Made by a program: the position numbers and the translations under genes. Below are positions 60,865-62,722 of a stretch of DNA of 62,722 nt, piece by piece (the first letter of the stretch is position 1; every line of letters starts with the position of its first letter). The stretch comes from a virus (Duplodnaviria > Caudoviricetes). The notes under the pieces were generated by a model. The model was not told where the DNA came from. It made no database searches and worked only from the letters and a program-made list of their open reading frames with translations. The stretch is taken from positions 1-62,722 of the IMG/VR virus record IMGVR_UViG_3300005826_000008, one strand, 5' to 3'.

Positions 60865-61782
60865 ATGTGTAATTGTTTAGTTGGCGCATGCATTGGGGAT
60901 GCCTTGGGGATGCCTTTTGAAGGAATGGATCGTGCTAATAAGTTATTGGTTAACTGGGATGGTTTAACTTATTTGCCAAGCAAAAGTCATAAGCTTGAGG
61001 CGGGGATGTATACAGATGACGGACAATTAAGTATAATTGTTGCCAATTCTCTTATAGAATGCCGAGAATTTAACCCGTATGACCTTGCCCAGCGTTATCA
61101 GGAATGGTTTTTTTCAGGTAATCCAAGAGGTTTTGGACGTACCACACGAATGGCAATGAATGCATTAAAGGATGGTGTTCATTGGAGCGAGTCTGGAATT
61201 AAAGGTTCTTATGGAAATGCAACTGCAATGAGGGCGGCTCCTTTTGGGGTTTTTTTTAGAAATGATATGAAATCGCTTATTGAAGCGGTAAGTATAGATA
61301 GTGCTATTACTCATAACTCTCCTGATGCGAAGGCAGGAGCTATAGCTATTGCTGTTGTAACTGCTTTTGCTGCAAATGGTGATACTGAGGATCTTCTTGA
61401 TAGGGTTTTTGAAAAATTGCCGGATTCTGCAATTAGAAAAACAATCTCCACCCTTGACCTCTTAATTTACTCTGATTATGTTAAGCCAAGGGAAGCGTTG
61501 CGTGCACTTGGTACAAGTGCAAATATCAAGGAAACTGTGCCTGCTGCGCTTTATTGTTTTTTAAAATTTGATAATTATGCTGATGCCGTTAGAACAGCAA
61601 TTAGAGCTGGTGGAGACGTAGACACAACGGCAAGTATTATTGGGGCTTTGTTTGGTGCAAAAGATGGTATAAAAAATATTCCTCAAGAATGGATAGATGG
61701 TGTTGAGAATTTTGAGTTGTTAATTGAGCTTGATAGTAAATTGTATAATAGAACAAATTACACATTTTTTCCTAGGAGTTAA
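60865..61782 (+). CDS. ADP-ribosylglycohydrolase (DraG/ARH family)
   Basis: GACIGDALG, YTDD, GNATAMRAAP, GGDVDTT. Confidence 0.92.
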   Translation: MCNCLVGACIGDALGMPFEGMDRANKLLVNWDGLTYLPSKSHKLEAGMYTDDGQLSIIVANSLIECREFNPYDLAQRYQEWFFSGNPRGFGRTTRMAMNALKDGVHWSESGIKGSYGNATAMRAAPFGVFFRNDMKSLIEAVSIDSAITHNSPDAKAGAIAIAVVTAFAANGDTEDLLDRVFEKLPDSAIRKTISTLDLLIYSDYVKPREALRALGTSANIKETVPAALYCFLKFDNYADAVRTAIRAGGDVDTTASIIGALFGAKDGIKNIPQEWIDGVENFELLIELDSKLYNRTNYTFFPRS

Positions 61783-61964
61783 TATGAGCCCTAAAGCTAT
61801 TGATCGTATGAAAAGATGGTATAAGTGGTGTAAAGAACCTACAGAAAAAGATCAAGAAGAAATATATGAACGATGACAAAGAGGGATAGATCCTCCTGAT
61901 TTTGATTATTATCTTGGGTGGGAATATGATTACCCAATAGTAGATGAATAAGGTATGTATAATA

Positions 61965-62722
61965 ATGGCTATAAAAAAGAAGTATCCACCAAAGAAAAAG
62001 CAAAGTGATGTTATTCCTGCTGCTCCAAAATTAGAGTGGTCAAATTATCAAAAAGAGATTTTTAAAGACATAGCAAAGGGTCAAGGAAATACTTTAGTTA
62101 TTGCTCGTGCAGGAGCAGCTAAGACTAGTTCATTGGTTCAAGGATCAAAATATCTTCCTAAAAGAAAATCATCTTTATTTTGTGCTTTTAATAAGCATAT
62201 TCAAGAAGAATTAAAACTTAGATTAGGTTCATATGTTGAGTGTCTAACTTTACACTCTCTTGGATTTAGAGCTATTAAACTTAGATTTGGTACTGACGGA
62301 TTTGGTGAAATAGAACTTAACAACAGAAAATGTTGGGAAATTGTTAAATCTTTTATTGGAGATAACAAAGAAGATTATGATCTAATCGAACAAATAACCA
62401 AATGCGTTTCATTTTGTAAAGGAGCACTAGTTGATACTCCAAATGGAATTGAAGAAATCATCTATAAATATGAAATAGATATGTGCGATGTTCTTTTAAA
62501 GGATTTTATCATTTATGTATCCAAAGCGTTAAGAATGTGTAAAGAGCAAACCAGTGTCATTGATTTTGATGATATGATTTGGTTTCCATTTGTTTATAGA
62601 CTTAATGTTGGAAAATATGACTATGTGTTTATTGATGAATCTCAAGATTTGAATAGGGCTCAGATTGAGCTTGCATTGTCTGCTTGTAAGATTGGTGGAA
62701 GGATTATTGCAGTATTAGATCC
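61965..62722 (+). CDS. UvrD/Rep-like SF1 helicase (runs off the window)
   Basis: ARAGAAKT, AFNK, TLHSLG, IDFDDMI, FIDESQD. Confidence 0.85.
   Translation, partial: MAIKKKYPPKKKQSDVIPAAPKLEWSNYQKEIFKDIAKGQGNTLVIARAGAAKTSSLVQGSKYLPKRKSSLFCAFNKHIQEELKLRLGSYVECLTLHSLGFRAIKLRFGTDGFGEIELNNRKCWEIVKSFIGDNKEDYDLIEQITKCVSFCKGALVDTPNGIEEIIYKYEIDMCDVLLKDFIIYVSKALRMCKEQTSVIDFDDMIWFPFVYRLNVGKYDYVFIDESQDLNRAQIELALSACKIGGRIIAVLD

Overview
AT-rich, densely coding, almost entirely plus-strand segment of a large (jumbo-type) bacteriophage genome, read in the standard genetic code. It encodes a Ro60/TROVE protein, a dispersed array of about 35-40 tRNA and tRNA-like genes, and translation factors (a divergent EF-Tu, EF-Ts). 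It also encodes GroES, purine, CoA and NAD salvage enzymes, ADP-ribose-processing enzymes, an RNA-ligase-like protein, a restriction-modification-like pair and many homing endonucleases. The most striking non-coding signal is a family of 15 Y RNA-like (Ro60-binding-type) RNAs. They share a covarying terminal stem with an AAUG...UUACAU motif but enclose different cargo modules. Most cargo modules show a 7-nt anticodon-like loop with a different anticodon, and many are circularly permuted tRNA bodies. Other notable items are a 23S rRNA L11-binding-domain mimic split by a ~365-nt insertion, a C-terminal K-L-x-x-F-x motif shared by 18 unrelated ORFs, an RlmN-like enzyme whose catalytic AACGQL segment lies in a separate peptide, and a heptamer-repeat structured RNA. 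All calls were made by eye; none were confirmed by database search.
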